From an uncultured Omnitrophica bacterium (GTDB lineage: Bacteria > Omnitrophota > Gorgyraeia > JACQQV01): a stretch of 64,000 bases of DNA. Under the pieces are notes generated by a model. That model had not been told where the DNA came from. It saw nothing but the letters and a program-made list of their open reading frames with translations, and made no database searches. Shown one piece after another: positions 1 through 9,056 of this stretch. The stretch spans positions 3,827-67,826 of the forward strand of contig CAMTXH010000019.1 in NCBI GenBank assembly GCA_947085655.1. Reading direction: 5' to 3'. The stretch's first letter is position 1. Each line of letters opens with the position of its first letter. The position numbers and the translations under genes are program-made.

Positions 1-703
1 AAAACCGCCGCGCAAAAAGGGCCAGCACCCCTTTCAAATCGGAAAACCGGACATCCCGGTCCACCCAAAGCCCCTCCACCTGATGAAACATGAAGGAATG
101 GCTTGCATCCACCGCATCCGGCCGGAAGACCCGCCCCGGTGCCACAATCCGAAGAGGGGGCTTTTCCTTTTCCATCACCCGGATCTGAACCGTGGAGGTC
201 TGACTCCGGAGAAGCCATTTGTCATCCAGATAAAAAGTGTCGAAGGTATCCCGGGAGGGATGGGCAAGAGGAATGTTCAGGGCATCGAAATTATAATATT
301 CTGTTTCAATCTCCGGCCCTTCTGCAATGCGAAAACCAAGCGTCAAAAAAATCTCGGAGATGTCGTCAATCGCCTGGGAAAGAGGATGGCGTTTTGTCAC
401 TTCGACGGGAAGTCCCGGCAGCGTCGCATCGATCCCCAGGGAGGTCTTCCCCTCGGTCTTTCCCAAGCGTCTTAATTTTTCCTCGATCCTGGACCTGATT
501 TTTTCTTTGAGGGCGTTCGTCCTCTGACCGACAACGGGCCGCTCGGCCGGAGGCAGGGCCGAGATTTCCTTCAGGATGAATGCCAGAGGACTTTGCCGGC
601 CCAAGAACTTAATCCGCAACGCCTCAAGCAGTTCCCGGCTGCCGGCTTCTTCAATCTCGGAAAGAGCGGATGCCTCCAAGGCATCCAGTGTTTCCTTGAC
701 CAA
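1..703 (-). CDS. pheS: phenylalanine--tRNA ligase alpha subunit, N-terminal part (gene continues past window start)
   Basis: Minus-strand translation from TTG at 703 (3 nt after rplT stop) reads LVKETLDALEASALSEIEEAGSRELLEALRIKFLGRQ ... FRPDAVDASHSFMFHQVEG, a class II aaRS motif-2-like PheS signature. Absent from the ORF track because there is no in-window stop. Fits the infC-rpmI-rplT-pheS order. Confidence 0.8.
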   Translation of the reverse strand, partial: MVKETLDALEASALSEIEEAGSRELLEALRIKFLGRQSPLAFILKEISALPPAERPVVGQRTNALKEKIRSRIEEKLRRLGKTEGKTSLGIDATLPGLPVEVTKRHPLSQAIDDISEIFLTLGFRIAEGPEIETEYYNFDALNIPLAHPSRDTFDTFYLDDKWLLRSQTSTVQIRVMEKEKPPLRIVAPGRVFRPDAVDASHSFMFHQVEGLWVDRDVRFSDLKGVLALFARRF

Positions 704-705
704 AA

Positions 706-1062
706 TTAACCTCTGGCTCCCTTGGCCAATTGAACCAACTGTTGAAAAGTCCCGGAATCATTCAACGCGATGTCCGCAAGAATCTTCCGGTCGAGGGCGA
801 TCTTTGCTTCTTTCAGCCCCTTGATCAATCGGGAATAGGAAAGCCCCTCGTTCCGGCAGGCAGCATTGATGCGGGCCACCCAAAGCCGGCGGAAATCCCG
901 TTTCCTGGTCTTCCGGTCCCGCGTGGCATACACGAGACTCCGGGTGACCGTATCGTCGGCGACCGTGTACAGGCGATGCCGGCCACCCCAGTATCCCTTC
1001 GCCTGTTTGAAAACGCGCTTTTTCCTTCTGCGCTTCGCAACTCCATGACGGACTCTTGGCAT
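706..1062 (-). CDS. rplT: 50S ribosomal protein L20
   Basis: 118 aa, [27 protein letters not shown]..., a typical L20; immediately downstream of rpmI. Confidence 0.95.
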   Translation of the reverse strand: MPRVRHGVAKRRRKKRVFKQAKGYWGGRHRLYTVADDTVTRSLVYATRDRKTRKRDFRRLWVARINAACRNEGLSYSRLIKGLKEAKIALDRKILADIALNDSGTFQQLVQLAKGARG

Positions 1063-1266
1063 CTATTTCCTCCCGTAGGGTAACAGTTTCTTGATCAGTC
1101 GTTTTTCCACTTTCGAAATCAAAACACTCCTCCGGAGCCGGCGCGTCCTCTTTGAGGATTTGTGGCCCAAAAGATGGCGCCTGCCGACCTGGAAGCGCCT
1201 GAATTTTCCGCGCTTGGTCATTTGGATCCGCTTTAAAACGGCTTTTTTCGTCTTCAATTTTGGCAT
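1063..1266 (-). CDS. rpmI: 50S ribosomal protein L35
   Basis: 67 aa, MPKLKTKKAVLKRIQMTKRGKFRRF..., a typical L35. Confidence 0.95.
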   Translation of the reverse strand: MPKLKTKKAVLKRIQMTKRGKFRRFQVGRRHLLGHKSSKRTRRLRRSVLISKVEKRLIKKLLPYGRK

Positions 1267-1277
1267 CGTTTCATCCC

Positions 1278-1829
1278 TTATGATTTCGCTGAAACCAACA
1301 GAATCAAATTGCGTCCTTCGGAGATCGGCCCCTTATCCACTTCCCCGATTTCCGAAAGATCACTGGCAAAGCGGCTTAAGACGGAACGCCCCAGTTCCTG
1401 ATGGGCCATTTCGCGCCCCCGAAAGACAAGGGACACCTTGATCCGGTCCCCCCGCTTCAGGAACCGCTGTGCATGGTTGAGCTTGACCTGATAATCATGC
1501 TCTCCAATCTTTGGCTTGAGTCGGATTTCCTTGATATGGATGACGCGCTGTTTCCGGCGCGCCGCTTTTTCCTTCTTTTCCTGTTCGTACTTGTATTTGC
1601 TGTAATCCATCACGCGGCAGACCGGCGGCGACGTTTGGGGGGAAACTTCCACCAGGTCAAGACCATACCCGACCGCCTGTTTCAGCGCCTCCCGCGTATC
1701 CAAGACACCCAGTTGTTCGCCCTCGGGCCCGATCAATCGGACCTTATCGGCACGAATCCTGTCATTGACTCGTATGCGCCTAAGAATGGGATGTCCTCCT
1801 TTCTTTGATCTCCTTCTGCAGTTTCTCAA
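1278..1829 (-). CDS. infC: translation initiation factor IF-3 (true start probably internal/non-ATG, near 1790)
   Basis: IF-3 motifs RIRADKVRLIGPEGEQLGVLDTREAL and the C-terminal domain. The ORF overlaps the thrS stop by about 50 nt, suggesting the usual atypical infC start further downstream. Confidence 0.9.
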   Translation of the reverse strand: MRNCRRRSKKGGHPILRRIRVNDRIRADKVRLIGPEGEQLGVLDTREALKQAVGYGLDLVEVSPQTSPPVCRVMDYSKYKYEQEKKEKAARRKQRVIHIKEIRLKPKIGEHDYQVKLNHAQRFLKRGDRIKVSLVFRGREMAHQELGRSVLSRFASDLSEIGEVDKGPISEGRNLILLVSAKS

Positions 1830-3513
1830 TCAACGCCCGGGGAGTCATCTTCCCGAGATCCCCTGCGCGCCGTTCACGCACCGAAAGGACTTTCTCCTTC
1901 TCCTCTTTCTCCCCGACAACCACCATATAAGGAATCTGTTCGTTCTGGGCATCCCGGATTTTATATTGCATCTTTTCCTTGCGCTCATCCGAAAGGACTC
2001 GAAGACCGGCCGCCCGAAGTTCGGCCTCCTTCTGTTTGGCATAACCGAGGTTCGCTTCTGTGATCGGGATAAGGACCGCCTGAACCGGCGCAAGCCAGAG
2101 CGGAAAAGCCCCTGCGTAATGTTCGATAAGGATTCCGAAAAAGCGTTCCAGACTTCCCAGAATCGCCCGGTGAATCATAATCGGGCGATGCTCCTTCCCG
2201 TCCGCGCCCGCGTAAGAAAGGTCGAAGCGGGCCGGCAGGGCAAAGTCACACTGAATCGTGGCGCACTGCCAAAGCCTTCCTAAGACATCTTTCAATTTAA
2301 TATCGATCTTGGGACCGTAGAAGGCCCCTCCCCCCTTGGCAATCTTCACCTCGCCGAATTTCCGCTTCCCCGCCTCCATCAGTGCCGCTTCGGCTTTGTC
2401 CCAATCGCTCTTTTCCCCCACAAATTTTTCGGGACGTGTACTGAGTTCAATATCAAATTCGCTGAACCCAAAATCTTTCATCGTCTGAAAGGTGAAATCG
2501 ATCACCCCAGCGATTTCATCCACCAGTTGCTCCTCGGAACAGAAAAGATGCGCATCATCCTGCGTGAATCCGCGGACCCGAAGGAGCCCGTGCAGCACTC
2601 CCGCCCGCTCATTCCGATAAACGGTCCCGAGCTCGAAAAACCGAAGCGGAAGCTCCCGGTAACTCCGAAGACACGATTTGTAAATCAAAACATGGCCGGG
2701 GCAGTTCATCGGTTTAACGCCGAAGTGTTGCCCCTCCGCCTCGAATAAAAACATGTTTTCCTTGTAATAATCCAGGTGGCCCGATTGCTTCCAGATGTTC
2801 GTCCGCAAAAGATGCGGCGTCCCGACGAACTGATATCCCCGCCCAAGATGGGTTTCCCGAACATAATCCTCAATCAGTTTCCGGACCATGGCTCCTTTGG
2901 GGTGATAAAACACAAGCCCCGCCCCCGCTTCTTCCTCGATCGTGAAAAGGCCGAGGGCCGGCCCGAGTTTCCGGTGGTCCCGCTTTTTCGCCTCTTCCCG
3001 CATCTTGAGGAACTGGTCGAGGTCCTTCTGGGTGGGGAAAGCGGTCCCATGAATCCGCTGGAGCATTTTGTTCGATTCCTTCCCGTACCAATAGGCCCCG
3101 GCAATACTCAACAGTTTAAAAGCGCCTATCTCGCCCGTTCTGGAAACATGCGGCCCCTGGCAAAGATCCACAAAATCCCCGTCGCTGTAAAGGGAAACCT
3201 GTTCCTCCTGAATCCGGTTCAGAATTCGGTCCACCTTGTACGGCTCGTTTTTCTTTTTGAAAAATTCGGCCGCCTCCTTCCGTTTCATGAAGGACTGCTT
3301 GAAGGGATGGTTTTCCTTGACGATTTTTCTCATCTCCGCCTCAATCTTCGGAAAGTGATCTTCGGTGATCGTTTCCGGGCAGTCGATGTCGTAGAAAAAA
3401 CCGTCCACCGTCGGCGGGCCGTCATCAAATTTCGCCTCCGGCCAGAGCCGCTTGATCGCCTGGGCCATCACATGGCTTGTGGAATGTCTCAACCGCTCCA
3501 GATCCTGAGTCAT
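1780..3513 (-). CDS. thrS: threonine--tRNA ligase (lacks N-terminal TGS domain)
   Basis: 577 aa. Begins in the editing domain (RHSTSHVMAQAIKRLWPEAKF) and carries class II catalytic motifs (MNCPGHV, FRNE, GFTQDD) and an anticodon-binding domain. Confidence 0.95.
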   Translation of the reverse strand: MTQDLERLRHSTSHVMAQAIKRLWPEAKFDDGPPTVDGFFYDIDCPETITEDHFPKIEAEMRKIVKENHPFKQSFMKRKEAAEFFKKKNEPYKVDRILNRIQEEQVSLYSDGDFVDLCQGPHVSRTGEIGAFKLLSIAGAYWYGKESNKMLQRIHGTAFPTQKDLDQFLKMREEAKKRDHRKLGPALGLFTIEEEAGAGLVFYHPKGAMVRKLIEDYVRETHLGRGYQFVGTPHLLRTNIWKQSGHLDYYKENMFLFEAEGQHFGVKPMNCPGHVLIYKSCLRSYRELPLRFFELGTVYRNERAGVLHGLLRVRGFTQDDAHLFCSEEQLVDEIAGVIDFTFQTMKDFGFSEFDIELSTRPEKFVGEKSDWDKAEAALMEAGKRKFGEVKIAKGGGAFYGPKIDIKLKDVLGRLWQCATIQCDFALPARFDLSYAGADGKEHRPIMIHRAILGSLERFFGILIEHYAGAFPLWLAPVQAVLIPITEANLGYAKQKEAELRAAGLRVLSDERKEKMQYKIRDAQNEQIPYMVVVGEKEEKEKVLSVRERRAGDLGKMTPRALIEKLQKEIKERRTSHS

Positions 3514-5589
3514 TTACAGGTACCCCAGTGATTTTAACATCCGCATTTTCTCCGCAGAAACGGTTGGGGAAGTATCGGGTTTCTGCAGGAGATGCGTTTT
3601 CAAATAGAGCGCTGCCCGGTTTCGAAGGGGATGGTTTGCCATTTCATCGCTGTAAAGATTTTGTTTCTCTTTTTTGTCCTTTTGCAAGTCGTACATCTCT
3701 GGAGGACGAAGGGAAGACAAAATGATTTTATACTTCCCTTCCTGGAACGAAAAAGCGGTTTCTTTATAAAGAGCCAAATCAATATCAGGGTGTTTTTGGT
3801 GAAACCGCTCCATCGACCAGTAGGTGCCGGATTGCGCCGCGATAACCCAGGAGGAAGATTTCTCTCCGCCATTCCACAAGGGGACAAGGCTTTCTCCGTC
3901 GATCCCTTCCAAAGGGTGAAGCCCCGCAAGGTCCAAAAGTGTCGGCGCAATATCGGAAAGTTGCGCGGGCGAATGAATTTCCCCCGGAGGGATCACGCCG
4001 GGGTAGCGGATCAAAAGAGGAACATGCAAGGCCTCCTCATAGAGCCCGGTGAGGTGGCTTATCAGACCATGCTCCCCGAAATATTCTCCGTGATCGGAAG
4101 TCACGACAAGAATGCTACGGTTCAAAAGACCGTGTTGGCGGAGGACATCGAGAAACTCTCCCAAGAAAAAGTCAAGATAGGCAATCTCCCCATCGTAAAG
4201 GTCGGAAAGCATCCTGAGTTCCGCTTCATGATCGCTTGGCCCCTCTAGAAAGTACGTCACTCCCTTTTGACTCAACGACAAAAGCGTTTTTTTGGGCCAG
4301 CGCTGGCTCAAAAAAGCCTCGCTCACTCCCGGATGAAATCGATACTCCCGGTGGGCCTCCATATAATTGACGAACAGAAAAAAGGGTTTGCGGGAGAGGC
4401 GGTTTTCATAGACAAGCCACTGTTTTAAACTTGCATTCAGCGAAGGGGCGCTCAGAGAAGAAACGCCCCGAAGCCGCGCTGCGACGCGACTGGCCAAAGA
4501 GCGCTTCTCAAACGCTCCGACCACCACCAGCTGGTCGAATCCGCGATGAAGTCCTGTCCATTCCGCAATGACACCGTTCGCGGTAAAGCCCACCGTCCGG
4601 TACCCCTGACTGCGAAGAGTCTCTGCTAAGGTGGTGTGATGTTCGGACAGATAATATGTCTTTGTATCCGCCCCATGTCGCAACGGGAGAAGTCCCGTAA
4701 AAAGAGAGGCGTGCGACGGCAGTGTCCAATGCGAGGTTGCCTTCGCCTCACGGAAGAGAGCCCCCTCTTCAGACAATCGGTCAAACGTGGGAGAGGTTTT
4801 CTTGAAGTAACCGTAACGGGAGAGCCGGTCGGATCGGACGGTATCCAACACGATAACAATGAGATTCGGCTGCTCAGAAGAAGCCGGAGGGGCGAGACGA
4901 AACGCATACCCCGCGCCACTGAGGCAAAGACAAAACAAAAAAAGGAACCATTGTCTGCTTGGTATTTTTAAAAAGGGCGAAATCCATTTTCGGAGGAAAA
5001 AGATTCCAACGAAACTGAGACATGCAAGAATCCCCAACCCACCGTACAGCACAGGGAAGATGAGTTCTTTCTTCAACCGAGGGTCAGGAAAGGGAGTGCG
5101 AAGGTAGATACTGAGAAACTGGCCCACAAGAAGGAACAGAGAAAAGATCAAAAAGGCGGCGAGGCCATTCTTTCGTATCTCCTCCAAGGGCTTTCTTCGA
5201 AGAAAGGACAAGAAGAGAAACCCCGAAACGGCCAGAAAGAACCCCCAAAGGAGGTTGGGCACTTTCGGCGCTCCCCATAATAGCCGAAGCGCCCCATCTC
5301 CAAAACTGGCCCACTCAAAAAGGGCGATCCCCCCGCTCAAAAGGGCGGCGTAAACAAAAGCGGGCGGGCCTCCTGCCGCTGCGAAAAGAGCACCGGCGGT
5401 CACAGAGACCAAAAGGTAAAGCGGGAGCGCGCGGACGCTCTCCCCCAAAAGAAAATGGGGAAACGGCTCCCCTCGCAACAGATCTCCCCCTCCTCCGATC
5501 AGACAGAAGGCGACTTCCGCCATCCAAAAAAGGAGGGCGAGTGCCGTCCCGGCATAAATCCCTTCAAATAAGATTTCTCTTCTCTTCAT
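3514..5589 (-). CDS. membrane-anchored sulfatase / alkaline-phosphatase-superfamily hydrolase-transferase (LtaS/MdoB-like)
   Basis: Multi-TM N-terminus followed by sulfatase-family motifs (LIVIVLDTVRSDRLSRYGY...SHWTLPSHASLFTG and VVTSDHGEYFGEHGL). The track ORF start at 5655 overlaps tRNA-Val; the ATG at 5587-5589 (MKRREILFEG) is the likely true start. Confidence 0.7.
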   Translation of the reverse strand: MKRREILFEGIYAGTALALLFWMAEVAFCLIGGGGDLLRGEPFPHFLLGESVRALPLYLLVSVTAGALFAAAGGPPAFVYAALLSGGIALFEWASFGDGALRLLWGAPKVPNLLWGFFLAVSGFLFLSFLRRKPLEEIRKNGLAAFLIFSLFLLVGQFLSIYLRTPFPDPRLKKELIFPVLYGGLGILACLSFVGIFFLRKWISPFLKIPSRQWFLFLFCLCLSGAGYAFRLAPPASSEQPNLIVIVLDTVRSDRLSRYGYFKKTSPTFDRLSEEGALFREAKATSHWTLPSHASLFTGLLPLRHGADTKTYYLSEHHTTLAETLRSQGYRTVGFTANGVIAEWTGLHRGFDQLVVVGAFEKRSLASRVAARLRGVSSLSAPSLNASLKQWLVYENRLSRKPFFLFVNYMEAHREYRFHPGVSEAFLSQRWPKKTLLSLSQKGVTYFLEGPSDHEAELRMLSDLYDGEIAYLDFFLGEFLDVLRQHGLLNRSILVVTSDHGEYFGEHGLISHLTGLYEEALHVPLLIRYPGVIPPGEIHSPAQLSDIAPTLLDLAGLHPLEGIDGESLVPLWNGGEKSSSWVIAAQSGTYWSMERFHQKHPDIDLALYKETAFSFQEGKYKIILSSLRPPEMYDLQKDKKEKQNLYSDEMANHPLRNRAALYLKTHLLQKPDTSPTVSAEKMRMLKSLGYL

Positions 5590-5606
5590 GACACCCCGCA
5601 CTGAAA

Positions 5607-5683
5607 TGGTGGGCGGTACAGGACTCGAACCTGTGACCTCTTGGATGTCGACCAAGCGCTCTAACCAACTGAGCTAACCGCCC
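5607..5683 (-). tRNA. tRNA-Val (anticodon GAC), CCA encoded
   Basis: Reverse complement is GGGCGGTTAGCTCAGTTGGTTAGAGCGCTTGGTCGACATCCAAGAGGTCACAGGTTCGAGTCCTGTACCGCCCACCA; it folds as a cloverleaf with anticodon loop TCGACAT. Confidence 0.9.
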
Positions 5684-5779
5684 CTAAAAACGGTGTGTGG
5701 TGTTTGGTGTCAGGTGTTAGGTAAAAGAGGGATTTCTACGATCCTTACACCTTTCACCTGACACCTTTCACTGTTTTAA

Positions 5780-5863
5780 TGGTGGGCGAGGAGGGACTCG
5801 AACCCTCAAGCCTTGCGGCAATGGATTTTAAGTCCATAGCGTATACCATTCCGCCACTCGCCC
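5780..5863 (-). tRNA. tRNA-Leu (anticodon TAA), long variable arm, CCA encoded
   Basis: Reverse complement is GGGCGAGTGGCGGAATGGTATACGC..ATGGACTTAAAATCCAT..long variable arm..GGGTTCGAGTCCCTCCTCGCCCACCA. Confidence 0.85.
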
Positions 5864-5878
5864 CTGAAAAACGGTGAT

Positions 5879-5953
5879 TGGAGGCGACGGTCGGAATCGA
5901 ACCGACGTATAGGGGTTTTGCAGACCCCCGCCTTACCATTTGGCTACGTCGCC
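5879..5953 (-). tRNA. tRNA-Cys (anticodon GCA), CCA encoded
   Basis: Reverse complement is GGCGACGTAGCCAAATGGTAAGGCGGGGGTCTGCAAAACCCCTATACGTCGGTTCGATTCCGACCGTCGCCTCCA. Its 5' end overlaps the coaB ORF 3' end by about 10 nt. Confidence 0.85.
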
Positions 5954-6618
5954 CGGAAATGTTTCGATGCCATCAACTCTTCAATCGCATCCAAAAGGAC
6001 GGTGGCAATTTTTTGTTTCCCGATCCGTCTCAGAGTCTTATGCCGGCCGTCCTTCCATAAAACATGAACACTGACCCGGCCGCCGCCGAATGGATCGTTC
6101 CCACGCGTTACCTGATTGGCCACGATTAAATCGAGTTTCTTTGCCCGGAGCTTCTTGAGTGCATTTTGAAGCAAAGAAGAAGTTTCGAGGGCAAACCCCA
6201 CAAAAATCCGGTTCCCCTTCCGGCGGCTCAGCGTCCCGACAATGTCCGGATTCTCTTCCAAGACAAGCGTCGTGGTTTTCCCCTTCCGTTTCAGTTTGTT
6301 CCGAAAGACCCGTCGGGCACGATAATCGGAAACAGCCGCGCTCATCACCAGCACGTCGATTTTCGAAAATGCCGAACGAACCGCCCGGTACATCTGGCGC
6401 CCACTCATGACGTCTATCCAACGGACCCCTGAAAGGGGACGGAGTCGCGTCGGTCCTGCCACGCAGGTGACCCGGTAGCCCCGTTTTTTACCCTCCCGGG
6501 CGATTGTGTATCCCAATGTTCCGGTGGCCCGGTTGGTCAGGAAGCGGACCGGATCGATGAATTCCCATGTGGGGCCGAGTGTGACCAGAATATGGGATTT
6601 CTGGGAGGAAGGCGTCAT
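5944..6618 (-). CDS. coaB: phosphopantothenate--cysteine ligase (CoaB half of Dfp)
   Basis: 224 aa with a DFP-family C-terminal domain (ILVTLGPTWEFIDPVRFLTNRATG). Encoded separately, 1 nt after the coaC stop. Confidence 0.85.
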   Translation of the reverse strand: MTPSSQKSHILVTLGPTWEFIDPVRFLTNRATGTLGYTIAREGKKRGYRVTCVAGPTRLRPLSGVRWIDVMSGRQMYRAVRSAFSKIDVLVMSAAVSDYRARRVFRNKLKRKGKTTTLVLEENPDIVGTLSRRKGNRIFVGFALETSSLLQNALKKLRAKKLDLIVANQVTRGNDPFGGGRVSVHVLWKDGRHKTLRRIGKQKIATVLLDAIEELMASKHFRAT

Positions 6619-6619
6619 G

Positions 6620-7159
6620 TTACCGTAAGAGACGTTTCACGGCGGAAAGGATTTCTTCCGTTGTAGCAATATGGCCGAGCCCCTCGATGTTGCAGGTTAG
6701 ATGACCCTTCACCGGGCCGACAAAGTGAGTGCCCAATTTTTTGAGAGAGGCGATATTGTTTTTCACCACCGGCTGTTCAAACATGACGTCGCTCATGGCA
6801 GGGCAGAGAAGGAGGCGCGCCTTTGTCGCAGCGATAATGCATGTCAACAAATCATCATAAATGCCGTGGGCCAGTTTCCCGATGAGATTCGCCGAACAGG
6901 GAGACACGAGAATAAGATCCGCCCACCGGGCCAGCGTCGTATGCACCGGCCCCTCCACCTGGCCGGCTTCAAACAAATCGGTGTAAACTTTGTGCCGTGA
7001 AAGGACCTCGAGACTGAGCGGCCGGATGAACTCCCCCGCTTCTTTCGTCATCACGCACCGGACCTGATAAGATCTCTCCGTCAGGCGGTTCACCAGGTCA
7101 CAGGTCATATAACAGGCAATGCTTCCGGTAAGCCCCAGAAGGATCTTTTTGCTTGCCAA
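6620..7159 (-). CDS. coaC: phosphopantothenoylcysteine decarboxylase (CoaC flavoprotein half of Dfp)
   Basis: 179 aa flavoprotein-family protein (KILLGLTGSIACYMTCDLVNRL...). Confidence 0.85.
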   Translation of the reverse strand: MASKKILLGLTGSIACYMTCDLVNRLTERSYQVRCVMTKEAGEFIRPLSLEVLSRHKVYTDLFEAGQVEGPVHTTLARWADLILVSPCSANLIGKLAHGIYDDLLTCIIAATKARLLLCPAMSDVMFEQPVVKNNIASLKKLGTHFVGPVKGHLTCNIEGLGHIATTEEILSAVKRLLR

Positions 7160-7357
7160 CTACTTTTCCTTCGGTTTGAAGGAGACTTTCCCCTGACGGA
7201 TTTCTTCCAGTGCGATGGTGGTCGTCTTCAGATTCTTGACGGGGATCAGCGGGAGAAGCCCCCCCGTCAGTTCCGCCGAACGGCGGGCGGCTGCATTCAC
7301 CAGTTGATAGACGCTTCCGGTCTTGGCTATCAGTTCTTCAATAGGAATATTAATCAT
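7160..7357 (-). CDS. rpoZ: DNA-directed RNA polymerase subunit omega
   Basis: 65 aa, [31 protein letters not shown]; gmk-rpoZ synteny. Confidence 0.85.
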   Translation of the reverse strand: MINIPIEELIAKTGSVYQLVNAAARRSAELTGGLLPLIPVKNLKTTTIALEEIRQGKVSFKPKEK

Positions 7358-7923
7358 CCCTCTCTCCTTAAATGTTTCTTTTGAATAATCTGTTTCAATC
7401 TTCGAAGCGCCCGATTTAAATCGTCGTTTACCACCGCATAATCGTACCAGCGGCTCTGACGCATTTCCCTCCCGGCAATTCGCAGGCGCCGACGGATCTC
7501 CGAGGGTTTTTCGCTTTTCCGTCCCGAAAGCCGTCGCTCTAAAGTTTCAAAACTCGGCGGGAGGAGGAAAATCGTTGTCGCCCCTTTGAAACGCTTCTTG
7601 ACCGCCCGCGCCCCCCGGCCATCCAAAAGAAGGAGCACATCCTTCCCATTAGCCAAATTTTCATTCAACGGCCGAAGAGGCGTCCCATAATAGGCGCCTG
7701 AAAAGGAAGTCCATTCCAAAAGCCCCCCCGTTCGCCGGAGCCGGTAAAACTCCTTTTTCGAAATAAAAAGATAATCCTTCCCTTCCGTCTCGCCCCGTCG
7801 TGGACGGCGCGTCGTCACGGAAATCGAACGGACGAGTCTCCGAGTCGTCGAAAGCAGCCGGTTGCAAAGGGTGGTCTTCCCCGTGCCCGAAGGGGCGGAG
7901 AGAACAAAAGGTTTTCCGGTCAA
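7354..7923 (-). CDS. gmk: guanylate kinase
   Basis: 189 aa with P-loop [11 protein letters not shown] and the guanylate kinase fold. Confidence 0.9.
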   Translation of the reverse strand: MTGKPFVLSAPSGTGKTTLCNRLLSTTRRLVRSISVTTRRPRRGETEGKDYLFISKKEFYRLRRTGGLLEWTSFSGAYYGTPLRPLNENLANGKDVLLLLDGRGARAVKKRFKGATTIFLLPPSFETLERRLSGRKSEKPSEIRRRLRIAGREMRQSRWYDYAVVNDDLNRALRRLKQIIQKKHLRREG

Positions 7924-8162
7924 ATTTTCTCTGTAATCCGCTGAGCAATCGTCTCGGGCTGGGCACTGGAGAGGATGACATGATCACTGTCGGTGATCAC
8001 GATGGCGCGTGTCCGTCGTCCGTGCGTTGCGTCGATCAGCTTCCGGTTTCGTCGCGCCTCCTCCCGCATCCGCCTCATCGGTGCCGCCTCCGGTGCAACC
8101 ACTGCCACAATCCGATCCCGCATCACGACATTATTGAATCCCAAATTAACGAGAAGCCCCAT
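7920..8162 (-). CDS. remA: RemA/YlzA-family (DUF370) regulator
   Basis: 80 aa, [73 protein letters not shown], close to B. subtilis RemA. Firmicute-like yicC-remA-gmk-rpoZ-coaBC synteny. Confidence 0.8.
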   Translation of the reverse strand: MGLLVNLGFNNVVMRDRIVAVVAPEAAPMRRMREEARRNRKLIDATHGRRTRAIVITDSDHVILSSAQPETIAQRITEKI

Positions 8163-8165
8163 GCA

Positions 8166-9044
8166 TCACGCCACATTCTGAATCTGTTCCCGGATCCGTT
8201 CAATTTCCCCCTTGACCTGAACAACGCTCTGGGAAATTTCAAGATCCCGGGACTTCTGCCCGATGGTGTTGATCTCCCGTTGAAGCTCCTGGGCAATAAA
8301 ATCAAGTTTCCGGCCGACCCCTTCTTTCAGGGAAAGGGCTTTCTGAAAAGCCTCCAAATGTACTTTAAGCCGCGTCAATTCCTCGGTGATATCGGAATTC
8401 TCCGCGAAAAAGACGACTTCCTGCTCAAGCCGTTCCCGGTCCATTTTCTCTGAACCGATGAGTTCCTTGATTCGGCCCAGAAGCCGCGACCGGTACTGCT
8501 TCAACACCGCGGGACTCCGCCGGTTGATCTTGGCCAGTTCCTTCTCAACCAATGACACCCTCCGCAAAAGATCCTGGGTGAGCGCTCTCCCTTCGCTTTC
8601 CCGCATCTCGACGAGTTGATCCGTTGCCTTGTCGAGCGCCTCCCGAATCTGCGACCAGATTTCCTGGATTTCCTCCTTTGTCGCATCCATTCTGACAATA
8701 TCCGGAAGGGCCAAAAGGTCCCGCATCTCGATTGGACCCGACAAATTCAATTCTTTTTTGAGGGATAGGAGAGTTTCGTAATAATGTTTGATATGTTTTT
8801 CGTCGATGCGGGCAAGACTGGTGAATTCGCCGTCCCGTTCAAAGGAAACGGTGAGGGTAATCCGGCCCCGTTTGAGTTTCTTAGAAACGGCGTCCCGAAC
8901 CCGGTCCTCCAGGATGGAAAAATGTGCCGGAAGGCGGCTCATGACTTCCAGGAACCGGTGGTTCAGACTCCGGGCCTCCACCACAACGGTCCCCCACTTT
9001 CCTTTTGATTCCCCGCGACCGAATCCGGTCATACTTGTTGCCAT
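8166..9044 (-). CDS. yicC: YicC-family protein (UPF0701; YicC/YloC endoribonuclease family)
   Basis: 292 aa starting MATSMTGFGRGE, the YicC N-terminal signature, with a C-terminal DUF1732-like region. Confidence 0.85.
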   Translation of the reverse strand: MATSMTGFGRGESKGKWGTVVVEARSLNHRFLEVMSRLPAHFSILEDRVRDAVSKKLKRGRITLTVSFERDGEFTSLARIDEKHIKHYYETLLSLKKELNLSGPIEMRDLLALPDIVRMDATKEEIQEIWSQIREALDKATDQLVEMRESEGRALTQDLLRRVSLVEKELAKINRRSPAVLKQYRSRLLGRIKELIGSEKMDRERLEQEVVFFAENSDITEELTRLKVHLEAFQKALSLKEGVGRKLDFIAQELQREINTIGQKSRDLEISQSVVQVKGEIERIREQIQNVA

Positions 9045-9056
9045 GTCAACGCCCTT

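Noticed and set aside
83-1083. Several plus-strand ORFs (83-475, 103-498, 327-527, 576-824, 730-1083)
   Set aside because: They lie opposite pheS, rplT and rpmI on the minus strand, which have clear homology. Overlapping frames; no motifs.
5754-5939. 61-aa minus-strand ORF
   Set aside because: It is composed of tRNA-Leu and tRNA-Cys sequence.
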